A stretch of 64,000 nucleotides of DNA from Marsupella aquatica (lineage: Eukaryota; Plantae; Marchantiophyta): assembly GCA_973895155.1 (NCBI GenBank), contig OZ316894.1:20590451-20654450 (forward strand), read 5' to 3'. Both the position numbers and the translations under genes were made by a program. Numbering within the stretch: position 1 is the first letter of the stretch; each line of letters begins with the position of its first letter. Below, piece after piece: positions 25,238 through 36,360 of this stretch. The notes under the pieces were generated by a model, which did not search any database, had not been told where the DNA came from, and saw only the letters and a list, made by a program, of their open reading frames with translations.

Positions 25238-25305
25238 TGGCTTTGGTCAGTTGGCTAGGGGATTAGCCCACAACCGAGAGGTCCCAAGTTCAATCCCCCC
25301 TCCAC
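25238..25305 (+). mobile_element. tRNA-derived SINE-like head or tRNA pseudogene
   Basis: A-box-like TGGTCAGTTGG (25244-25254) and B-box GTTCAATCC (25288-25296) at tRNA-like spacing. No intact acceptor stem. Confidence 0.55.
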
Positions 25306-25844
25306 ACGCAAGGGGTGCGGAGGGTAATTTTATATGTATGAGGGTGGGGTGTAGTGGTGGGAGTATCTCGGGGAGTATTGGTTATCTTTTCAATTGGTTG
25401 CCTGCTTGGGGCCCTGGTTTAACCCTCTCTATCTCCCTTGGGGGTTGATTTTGAGAACTCTAACTTAGGAACCACATGCTATTTTAAAAAGTTGTTTTGG
25501 ATATTATTTAAAATGAGCTAAATTTTTACAAAGCATAGTAGGCAAAAGAATGTATTATAAATTCACATGTATAGAATATTCTCTATTATATATACCTTTT
25601 TATAAAGTAAAATAGGTCATTAATATTGAAAATGGAGAATGCTTGGAATTAAATTTTCTTTCTAAAATAGGTGTATTTATATTAGATAGGATCGCAAGTG
25701 GTAGATTCCAAAATTCACCCTAAGTGAACCCCCCAAGCTCCCTCCTAGTCTGGGTCCTATTGGATCCTTGGGTAGCTATTGTCCTCTTCTACGTGGCTCC
25801 CCTAACTATACAATGTGTGACATTGGGAGTATTCGTTAAGAATT

Positions 25845-26090
25845 AGAGAGATCATGAGTATATTAATTTCTCTAGCTTTCCAATGAACTAACATTGATAA
25901 ATTTTGTCAAGTACTAAGGAGATTATGAGTTTCTAATTTTGCTCTAGCTTTTCAATGAGTGTGACAATGAGAGATATTATCAAGACACTACCAAATAGGT
26001 CATGAGTTTTCAAATTTTGATCTTGAGCTTTGCAATGAATCAAACATTGACAGATTTCATCAAGTACTAAGGAGATTGATTATTTTTAGT
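25845..26090 (+). repeat. Degenerate tandem repeat (agcttt.caatga...aacattga.a.attt..tcaagtactaaggagatt)
   Basis: Motif recurs about three times. Confidence 0.55.
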
Positions 26091-26250
26091 TTTACAATGT
26101 GGAGGCAAGTTTAGGGGTTCTAACCATGTACATTTCTATTGATTGGTTTCTAACTCCCGTTCTAACTATGTACATTTCTATTTCAAATTTGTAAAGAATT
26201 AAAAAATACAAGCATTTTGATGTAAAATATTGATATATCATTGACAAATA

Positions 26251-26594
26251 TGTTAGATATTGCTCTAGTCTTGTGACTCATGAGCTAACCACAGTAAATC
26301 TAACTCGGGTTAGGACTTAGCTAATGTTAGCGGTAGTGCTGTTGTGCATATAGCCAGGGTTGATGCCAGACCTTGGTGGAACTTAGGCTCATTGTTACGG
26401 AGCTAGTTGAGAGATAGGGAGAGCTTGTGCTGTGGATGCTTGGTATGGCCGGTCGGCCTAGAGTGCAGTAAAGCTCTTGTGTGTTCCCGTGGACGTAGCC
26501 TCATGTGGAGATGAACCACGTATCTCTCTGTGTTGACTATTGTGCGTTGGATGGTTCATGGGCTTGCCGTTACGAATGTCGTCTATGCTCAACA
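26251..26594 (+). mobile_element. Solo LTR of a related copia subfamily (344 bp)
   Basis: TGTTAG...CTCAACA with TSD AAATA (26246-26250 / 26595-26599). 3' half homologous to the copia LTRs; 5' half different. Confidence 0.93.
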
Positions 26595-28137
26595 AAATAT
26601 CAGAATGGTAACTATATTTTACTATTATTTAAATAACATCTCTTCCTTTGTATTCTTGTTTTTTTACGCTTAATACTTATGGTATGGTGCCCCAAAAATT
26701 ACGTTGCTTTTGCCACAAACATGAATGTTTTTAACTGTCAAAAATAAGATCTTTCTTATTTGTGGTTGGTTATGCTAATGTGGCACAACCTCATGGTAGA
26801 GAATTTGCAAGGGACCTCTCATGGGGGTCCGTAATTTCAAGACAAAACAAATGAGCATTCCGATATTAAATGGATCATTCTGCAGAATCAAATTCCATTT
26901 GTATATGCATATGAGAATTGCCTTCTCATCCAATTTCTTAAAATGTTACATGTCTCGAGAAAGTTACGCTATGGTGGACAAAAGTTACTCCACAGTTGAC
27001 CATAGTTACCTCATACTGCAGGACAGTCAGGACACAGAATAATGGGTTAACCAAGATATATAAGTAAGCTAGGGTCATTTGAGTTAGCATAATAAAATAA
27101 ACATTATTTACAATGAGTTCATGTCAATTTCCGTTCCCAAGGTCTGTATTACTGTCATATTCATTATCGAAGGGACTTCTTGGTTACCTATGGCTCGGTC
27201 ACCAAGTTTGATAATGTGTTCAACAAAAGAAGGTTTTTTGTTTTTCCAAGCAACAGTGGTACGTGCTTAAGTTTGGGTCTTGTTGTTTTTGGTCTGCAAC
27301 ACCGTTTGGCTGCACTTGTTGGTCTGAAAGTTTTGCCTCCAACATGCGAAAGGGGTAGATAAGCAGGTTAAGCCCACACCCAATGGTGCCTTGCCACATG
27401 GCCATGAGAAGCCCTACATCAATGAAAACAAACTAAGATTGAGTTAAATCTACTGACGTATATAATGCTAACTCGATCATACACAAAATGGGGGTCAGAT
27501 TGTTTACAAATATATTAGTTTGGGGACACATCAGTAAATCCTAATAGTTTTGGGAATAGGTTAGTAAAAACCTGTTTCATCCAAGGCCTCCTAATTTGAG
27601 AAAATAAACTTGTGAAAGTTCATCCATTTTAATCCATGATCCATAATTCATCACTGCTTTTTCTCAAAGTTCAACTGTCTTCTCCAATGTGCTCTGAAAT
27701 TGCCTAAGTCGATACACTCAGCTTTGAACTTGCCAAAATCCATATCTCAAAAAGACCCGTGAAAGTTTTAGCTTGGTCCATCTGTCAAGGCTGTTTTCCC
27801 ATGTTGTCACGGCCTATCTTCTACACTGACAAAAACCCTTGAATCTTTCATTCAGATAGTCCATCTATCAATGCAGCTCCTCGAAGTTTTCACGGTGTTC
27901 TACAGTCAGCTCGAATTTCCCAACGTCGTCGTCCAGAAACCTGTACAGTATTCCGGCGACGAAAGGCATCATGCTCGATGCAACGAGACTGCATGGCTCT
28001 CCTACGACTGCATGGAAACATGGGTCTTCCGAGATATTAAGTTATCTCCATCTAACAGTACTGTAGTCCGTTTACTAGCTTGGTCTCTCAGAAGATAAAT
28101 CAGGAACTTGCGCTAGTTGTGCAACACCGTGTTTTTA

Positions 28138-30198
28138 TTATTGAGACCGCATCGAGGGGAGCAAACACTGAAGCACGACACCGAAAATGTAGTGTAACAG
28201 ACAACTGTCGAGCAGGTCTATTCCGTCTCCAAAATCCAACCCACCACAAGACCACCAACCGTCGTCTTCTTCTGTCCTACCCACCCGAACAGCGCTCCAC
28301 ATACTCATGTTGGCTCTGCATGCGTGTATCTCAGTTCCACCCACTCTTCCTCCTCCTAATCCTCCAGTACAGTAATTTCTCTCTGACTTTTGATTGAAAC
28401 CCAATCCAGAATTGTTTTGGGCGGCTGGTCGAAGGAAAACTCCTTGCTGGCCAGTGGAAAAAGGGATGGACGGGTCAATATCCATGTTCTCCTGATGGGC
28501 ACTTGGGTCATGAGAATAGGTGTAAGAATGGGAGTGGAAGTGTGTACTGGGAGTGGGGAAACCAGGAGGGTTGAGGGGTGATGAGGGGCCAGTGGAATAG
28601 ACTCCTTCATGAGGACTAGGAGAGAAAGATCTGGTAGTAAAGGGAGGAATCTCAGTATCAGCTAATAGCTCCTCTGTAGTCAAGTCACTCATCTCCCTTA
28701 AGGCTTCACAGGTCTTTGAGAGGCCTGTAAGTGCATCATCCACCTTGGTACTCACATCTACCACTAAATGGTTAATCTTGGAGAAAAGGATGGGTGTGGT
28801 GTTCTTGGCCAAATACTCATCATAAATTTGGGCCTTAAGAAGATCCAGAGAAGCTATCTTAGTCAAAGGCTCAATCAGATCCAAAGATTGAGTGATACTG
28901 AGTTGGAGAGTATGCTCAAGCTCATTCTTCTTCTTACTCCTTTCCAACTGCTGTTTGAGTTCAGATACCTTCTTCTTGAGGAACTCATTCTCCTTCTCCA
29001 ACTTCTTCTTATCTGTGGCATCACTCATGGTGGAGATCTTCTCAAGAATCTGCCCTGGTTTCACTCCTAGCTTCTGCGAAATGTCGGTGATGACCTTCTC
29101 CATCACAGTGGTCTTCCTCTTCACCTTCTGGAACGTGTCTGAGATGATCTGGAAATCAGCTAGGGTGTCTTGGGAGGCATGGCCGGGTGCATCCAGACAT
29201 TCAGCCGGGTCGACGAAGGCCGGGTCGGAAAAGTCCGGGTCGAGGTTCCGGGCAGCAGACCGGGTCTTTCGAGGATTTGTCTCTGCTGGTTCCTCATCCT
29301 CACTGTCATCAGAGGTAGCCTGGGTGATATCTGGATCTGTCTCTCCATACTTGATGAAGTTGTACTTGGCCAATAGTAATTTCTTCTCCTCTCTGAACAA
29401 AACTCCTTCAAAGCTATATAGATGTACCAGGTAGCAGGAGAGGGGAGTAGGACTCTTGTTGGATAGGTTCTGTACCAACTTCCTTATCAAATCAAAGATA
29501 AGCTTAGCCCAGTTGACTTTTCTTTCTCCCTTGTAAGCAGCAACAATGGTAGAGCCAACTCCAACAGTAACTCTTCTTGGCTTCTCAGGGTACAACAGGG
29601 GTAGCAGAAAGCTGAAGACTCGTCTCAGATCAGGATCCAAACACTTAGAAACATTGAACCCGTCCTTACTGTTGATGGCTCCTTTGAAGTAAGGAAGGAT
29701 TAGGTTGACAGCTCTCCCCACTGGACCTTCTCCTTCATCTTCCAATACAAAAGCTCCTGCAATCATCATCTGAGTCCATCGCTCAGGTCGGCCTCTGGAG
29801 GTATCCTTAAACTCAGCCGGATACTCCTTAGATCGGATCTCTCTGATCATATCTTCGCTCTGATAACTCCAAGGTAGCTCCATCAGAGACTCACAGCCCA
29901 TCCTGAGCAAAGACTCCCTCAGTTTGACCTTCTCAGCTTCACTGTCCGGAATAGCTGGCCTCAGAATTTTCATGGCAATAGGGACCTCCTTTCTCTTCGA
30001 TCGTCTCACAGGGGCTTTAACCGGAGTAGGTGCAGGTGATGTTGAGGTTGAATGCCCCTTAGAGACGCGAGAAATGGACATTCCGGCTGGATCCGTCCCT
30101 TGCTCCATAGGACTTATCGAAGCAGAAAATGGATTCCCAATAAATGGCCTGCCTCCTCGTCGGCGAGCTCTACAATGCTGCGACTTCAAAATGGTCAA
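28138..30198 (-). CDS. 686-aa uncharacterised TE-associated ORF (retrotransposon extra-ORF-like; acidic linker and coiled coil)
   Basis: Long intronless ORF with LMELPW...IREI...RPERWT...KDG...VNWA, then a heptad-rich segment. Its 3' end and downstream region are duplicated at 20467-21660. Family assignment is inference. Confidence 0.6.
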   Translation of the reverse strand: MTILKSQHCRARRRGGRPFIGNPFSASISPMEQGTDPAGMSISRVSKGHSTSTSPAPTPVKAPVRRSKRKEVPIAMKILRPAIPDSEAEKVKLRESLLRMGCESLMELPWSYQSEDMIREIRSKEYPAEFKDTSRGRPERWTQMMIAGAFVLEDEGEGPVGRAVNLILPYFKGAINSKDGFNVSKCLDPDLRRVFSFLLPLLYPEKPRRVTVGVGSTIVAAYKGERKVNWAKLIFDLIRKLVQNLSNKSPTPLSCYLVHLYSFEGVLFREEKKLLLAKYNFIKYGETDPDITQATSDDSEDEEPAETNPRKTRSAARNLDPDFSDPAFVDPAECLDAPGHASQDTLADFQIISDTFQKVKRKTTVMEKVITDISQKLGVKPGQILEKISTMSDATDKKKLEKENEFLKKKVSELKQQLERSKKKNELEHTLQLSITQSLDLIEPLTKIASLDLLKAQIYDEYLAKNTTPILFSKINHLVVDVSTKVDDALTGLSKTCEALREMSDLTTEELLADTEIPPFTTRSFSPSPHEGVYSTGPSSPLNPPGFPTPSTHFHSHSYTYSHDPSAHQENMDIDPSIPFSTGQQGVFLRPAAQNNSGLGFNQKSERNYCTGGLGGGRVGGTEIHACRANMSMWSAVRVGRTEEDDGWWSCGGLDFGDGIDLLDSCLLHYIFGVVLQCLLPSMRSQ

Positions 30199-30972
30199 TC
30201 GCTTCGGTGTCGACCAATGGTAGAAATGTCCGGGTCGACCTGGCTACGGCGTTTCTGATCAATTGACAAGCGCTTCTGGAAACGTTGATCAAGATCCCGT
30301 CAATCAAAATTCAGGTGCATCGAACGTGGGGCAAAGATAGACTCAAACGGGCCTGCAATGTGGATGTCCGGATCGACCTGGCCCTCTTTCTCATCACTGA
30401 TGTATGCACGATCAGAATCTCAAACTTCCTGCCTTCACTCCCAACGGCGGAGTAGGCATTCCCCTCACAACGAATCAGTCAGTACCCTCATATCCAGGCT
30501 CTCATCAAGAAATTCAAGATTGGTCCTATAATCCGGACCCAAGATCCTCTACCAAAAGGGTAGAGCCTCCTCACTCTACTGCTTTAACAGCCTAATGCGC
30601 TCGGGAACTCAAAACCTACTAAGTTTGGCTTTGAGAGGTGTGAGAGGCCGGATCGACTCTCCTTCCTTATATCCGGATTCTGTTGTGGTCGTGCCTGTGT
30701 TTGACTTATGGTTTTAAAAACTTTGGCAATGGACAGTTGTTGTTGAGTAGAGTCTCGGTATAAGCTTTATATCTCATTCCAGGTTTATAACAAAAAGTTC
30801 CGGGTCGATCCTCCTTCTCTAATATCAATCCGGGTTGACCTCAGATGGGCTTGAAACTCTCATAACACTTCAGAGTAGTCTTCAGGTCCCTCTTTAGCCT
30901 CATTTGAGATCTTAAACTTAAAAATTCAAAAATTTATGGCTAGTTAACCCTTCCTTCATAAACATCCTTATC

Positions 30973-33900
30973 TCACAACAATTCTTGCCTCCCCTTTAGC
31001 ATGGCCGGTGGATTCACTACCTCTAAAACTCCTGCATCAAGAGCCCATGAGCTCACCATCTCAACCTTTTCAACTGTGCCAAACCTCTGGTGCCCAACAA
31101 ATATTTTTTTCCCTGGTTTGCATTTGGCATTCTTATTTGCAATCCAATCTGTTATTGTTGATTCCACCTCAGTGCGGTTCTTGACATCCATCAGAAGGAT
31201 GCAAACATTGACTTGAGCAAGGTACGTTAATCGTCCCCATGTGGATGACATTTTAACCTCCAAGTTTTGGATATTGTTCTGCCCACAGTACGTCCAGCCA
31301 AACAAGACCTCGATCACCAGAAGAAGCATAAGCAAATGAAAAATGTCTAAGGATGCAATGTGGATCCATAAGCATAGATTGAATGGGTTGAGGACTGTCG
31401 ATCACACCAACCTCAGTCTCGTTCATAATATCAACCATCGATCTGGTTTGCCTGTTTCTCTTATGTGAATCAATATCAAAGGCCTGCAGACATTATAAAC
31501 CAAAATCAATTCAAAAATATATAGGACGTAAAACCTTACAGTATATATATGTTACGGTAGCACAGAATATATGTCATACCTCCGTATCATATGCCGAGGG
31601 CGGTAAAGCTTTGGGACGTGTAATGTTGCTGTCACTGTTCATATTCTACAGAAAATAAGAAGAGATGCCTTGAGAATTAATTCAAAACACAAAGTAGGAC
31701 CTACTTAGGTTCACAGGCGACGTACTCGAGCATGAAATCATTGAAATCAACATTAATATAACTATTCACAGTTGAGGTTACCTGCAGAGAAGGAAAGTGA
31801 AGGCCTTCGGGGCACTACAATATATACAAATGTATTAGAGTGCGTGATAAGCTTACCTCTTTTTTGGATGGTGGTGTAGGTGGAAGAGGTCTGGTCCGCT
31901 TGCTCTTATTAAGAGTGTCATTGTTGAACGTCTACAAAAATAGGTCATACACCCATATACTCATGTTGGCACAGGCCAGCTGCCGGTCACTAGCATGAAT
32001 TGAACTCATTACAACTAGTACAAAAGCTAGAATGGAAAACCTTATCTGTGCGTACCAAACAGACATAATATAGACAAGTTAAAGGATTGCACTCTGGTAG
32101 ACCTGTGATGCACCAACCTTCTGAGCCACTGAAGGCGATGATGATTTTCTTTCACAAGTGTTAGTGATATCCAAAAATGTCCTCCCTTTGACATGGTCAT
32201 CTCGTTGTGCACTACCCATATTTTGTGGAATAGGCAGATTAGTTGTCGTGGCACTCTCCATGTTGGGCATTGGACTCATCATTAAGTCCTCAAATGATTG
32301 CTCGTCATCGACTGGAGCTTGTGAGTCAAAATCCACAACAAACAATGTTGCCCTTGACAGTTTGTTCTTATTCCCTCCTGCTTTGCATTGAGAGGCTACT
32401 AACGTATTTGGCGTCTGCCGCTCACAATCTTTCCTTGGACTCCATTCAGTTTTTACAGCTCTATGCGACACACTTGGAAAGATTAATCTATATACATATT
32501 CACTTTTTCAGGAACCATACATATTGACTATAGTTGCACATGTATATATACAATCCACTATAGCAGATCGGATTTTGACGTCTTCAAAGAAAACAAAACC
32601 TTAAAGGAGAAAAATTGACGTCTATACCAGCGTCTGGGGAGAACTATGACACGGAGTCGACATATCCGCTGGTGATGATTGATGTGAATTGTCTCTAGAT
32701 GTTTTTTCCTTTGGCACACTGTTTGCAGGAACATTGTCAGAAGCGCTATGGTCTGAATGGGGCGTCCCATTTGAGCCAAGACTGGACCTGCGTTGGCTGT
32801 CCATGCACAAGTCTGCATGTGGATCAGATTTCTCTTTCTCATTGTCATCTTCCCCTACTATAACTGTGTCGCCTGAAAATTGTCTAGCAGTTTGCGTCTG
32901 TTCTCCCATCTCTGATATAATCAGCTGCGGGGATTCCATCCCTTTAGCCGGTGGAGATGGCCTCAACGAAGTGTACACCATTGCTATTTCAATTGAGGCG
33001 CCCTGCATTGGGCAAAGTCAAAGGGGTTAATCACTAGATCAAGCTACCTAGCTAGTCAATGATCAGTTAAATTTGTAGACGTTTTGCGTGACAAATAAGA
33101 TACTTATAATGTACACATACCGTTTGAAGCGTGGATAAACGGGTATCAAAGAATTTGCTGTGTTGTCCGCATGGAATGTAGAAGCCACCAAACTTATCAC
33201 AGAAAAACAGATCTGGCTCCAAGTATGTAATCTGGATTTTGTAGAGGTTGAATGGGTTCCTTTTGGCAACTTCCAAAAGCTTTCCCCTGCCAAATATCCG
33301 AGCATCATCTCTTCTGCATTTTCCGCCCTTCTGCCTTCGGCTAATTGCCGTGGTTGTTGCTTGGTCAGGGACAGCATACAAAATCATCTCAATTTCTGGT
33401 CTTTCATTCAAGCCTAGAAGCTCCAAATCATCTTTTGATTGAATGTCAATGGGTACGTGAACACCCATCGACGGCTCCTCAGATTTGGTCTTTGGGCACT
33501 CGATACGTCCGTCTGCGTGCGCCATATCATAACAGGTGCACAAACGTAAGTACAAATGCATGCAGAAAAATCATTAAAGGAAATTTCAAGAAAGCCAACA
33601 AAGACAAGTTTGCATGGCTCACCCAATTTTGCTATCTTCTTTTTTTCCGCCTTGATGTACTCGTGTTTCCGATTCAGGATTGCATCAAAAATGTCTTCCA
33701 ACTTCCAACGCATTTGACTCATAGTGTCAGCCTCGTCATCAACAAACACAAGAGGTCGAAGTTCTCCCATACACGTCTCGCATACTCGTAGCATTCGTTG
33801 CCAACATCGATGTTCTGCTTGAAATCGGTTTCCATAAAGCGTTTGTTAGTGTTGGCTGAAAACCACAATCGAACACTCCGCATGTTTTCATTGTGTGCCA

Positions 33901-34402
33901 AGCAAGCATGGGGCCACTGGCTTAGTACCTTACGTCCACTCTTCTTTTGCTTGAAGATTTCATCGTAAGTTGGGAATCTGTTCGGCTGCTTCTGGATCGT
34001 GGACATAGATCCAAATTCCATAGACGTCTGCAATGACGATTTCTTGGACATTCCAAACTCTTGGACATTGGCACTCTGCATTGTATTTGATTGAGAATGC
34101 AACGGTGCCATTGGCAATCCCACTGGTGTAGGCAATGGTGGTTCGGAGGTGAAGTCAAATGCTTCGATCACTGAACCCTTGCGTTTGCATTCCAAGACCC
34201 ATTTTTGAATCCTCATTTGATGGCCAGGGATTCTGATTCCAGACTCCTTCAGGAGATCATCAATCTCTTCCTCGGTGCATTGGAAGATTGAACCATTGAT
34301 ACAGTTATCCACTATTGCGTTTGTGTATGAATCCAGTTTCAGAAACTTGGCCAAAGCTGTGGCAACTTCCTCTTCCTTCATGGCAAACATGGAGTGCTTC
34401 AT
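30973..34402 (-). pseudogene. Degenerate multi-exon gene with N-terminal SAM-like domain
   Basis: MKEEEVATALAKFLKLDSYTNAIVDNCINGSIF...LLKESGIRIPGHQMRI resembles a SAM domain. Successive - strand ORFs (33719-34486, 33414-33794, 33067-33561, 32622-33008, 32079-32471, 31253-31438, 30973-31335) are bounded by GT/AG sites (donors near 33622 and 33120) and include frameshifts. Confidence 0.55.
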
Positions 34403-35748
34403 TGTAACAAAGGAGACGGTACATACTTGCAAGAAGACGTTTATGAATCGGTGAAGGAAAGATGATAAGTGCTTGTGTGCTTGCAAATGTGTGTGACAAA
34501 ATGAAGTCGATTATAGAACTAAGATCCATTCTTGCTCCAAGGTTAGAGGAATCCCAAAGCGGGGAAATGCCTAGTTTGAAAGGCTGTTCAAATTGCGCGC
34601 GTTGAACCGAAGCGGCAACACACGTCGACAAAACCAGATAGACATTATTCAAATACTCAAAATATCGTCCATGGCTGCCAAACGTGGTTGACCCGACGTC
34701 TGGAAAGCATCATATAAGTCCAGACGTCTTCATTGTTTGGCGGCCATGACAGGCCTAGTCTCTTGTCAAGCCAAAAAATTTATTGATGACGTTTTGTCCC
34801 CCCCTGCCTGCTCCGTCTAGCCAGCCGATGTTGACGGGTGAAAGATCCACATGCTAACACGCGACGTCCATCCATGGTAATGCTGTGCTTTTGTTTTATT
34901 TGCCACTCAGGGTCAGGACCTGCAAGGGCCGGAACGTTTCCGGCCTTTGCCCTTGGGTCCCCATAAGACCTGCCGTGAGGCCTGCCTACAAAGGGGCTTA
35001 CGGCATGGCAGAATCATGAATTAAGAGAATGACAAGTCTCAGTTTAAGGGTCGCATTCAGTAGGGCAGACTACATGCGAGTTGGCTCTAATTATTACTAC
35101 AGGTTAATTAGGGGGCTTTTGCTTGGGGACATCGCGCAACAACACACATGACCACTATTTTGAGTGACATTGTATACAGGGAGTGAGGAGCACTTTACAA
35201 GACATCGGGGGCACTCGGGAGTTTTTTTCACCAAAGCAACTGTTTTTTTGTGTATTTTTATGTCAATGTCTCTTAACAAGGTGTATTCCTTGTTGGCTGA
35301 ACTAAGTTCAGCTTTGCGGTGGGGGCCCAAAATGAGCTTAAACTTTTTTTCTGCGCATACAATTCTCCGCATACTATTGTCCAAAATACAATGTACCCTC
35401 TCCAACACCCTTCAGTTTTTGTTTTGTATAGAAGTATACATCATGAATGCCCCTCTTAGTGTATACTATCATCAATGGCACCAATGGTACTATATATTAT
35501 CATCAATGCTCCTTCATATTTTATTCTCTCCAATTTTTAATGTGTCTGTTTTTTCTTTTTTCTTCTTTCTTTTTTAATTTCTTTTTCCTTTAAATTAAAT
35601 GGGTAACCTGGGACACACTTTCCAAGGGGCTGAATAAGAGGGGCGACTCTTTTTTTAAGGGACCTTTTTGTGTGGGAGCATTCCATTCTTTTTTATTTCT
35701 TTTCTTTGGGTGAATGGGGTCACAAGGAAGAGGGCCGACTCTTTTGAA

Positions 35749-36169
35749 TGTTGAGCATAGACGACGATCGCAACGGCAAGCCCATGAACCATCCAACGCA
35801 CAATAGTCGACACAAGAGATACGTGGTTCACCTCCTTGAGGCTACGTCCACGGGAACACACAAGAGAGCTTTACTGAACTCTAAGCCCGTCGGCTATACC
35901 GAGTCTCCACAGTGTAAGCTCTCCCTATCTCTCAAGTGGCTCCATAACAATGAGCCTTGGTTCTACCTCTCCAAGCACACATGCCTCTTATGATACAGTG
36001 TGCAACTTAGTTGTACCTAACCACATAGTTGTACCTAATCACGTAGTTGTACCTAACCACATAGTTGTACCTAATCACGTAGTTGTACCTAACCACGTAG
36101 TTGTACCAACCCACGTTGTTATACCAACCATGTCATACCTAACCTAGACGTAAGAGTAAATACCCAACA
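35749..36169 (-). repeat. 3' LTR of copia copy 2 (421 bp; 7 repeat cores)
   Basis: Matches 41822-42242. PPT (tcttcccctt on +) is adjacent at ~36171-36180. Confidence 0.97.
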
Positions 36170-36360
36170 ATCTTCCCCTTGACTCTGGTCTAGGGGAGAG
36201 TAATACTGCCAATGTATATGATCCCTCAACGGGAAGTTCTGGACAGAAACCAAACCGGTTTCCCTCTCTAACTAGAGCAAACCAGAACTAAGCCGTAGCC
36301 TAATACATAGGAATGAGGAAGAGCATATATCAGTAATTACAATGAATGTTTAAGAAAACT

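Noticed and set aside
25238-25310. Functional tRNA gene
   Set aside because: A and B boxes are present, but no acceptor stem or clean cloverleaf; kept as SINE-like.
35097-35577. ORFs 35097-35408 and 35164-35577 (and 42997-43234) as gene exons
   Set aside because: No recognisable motifs or convincing splice connection.
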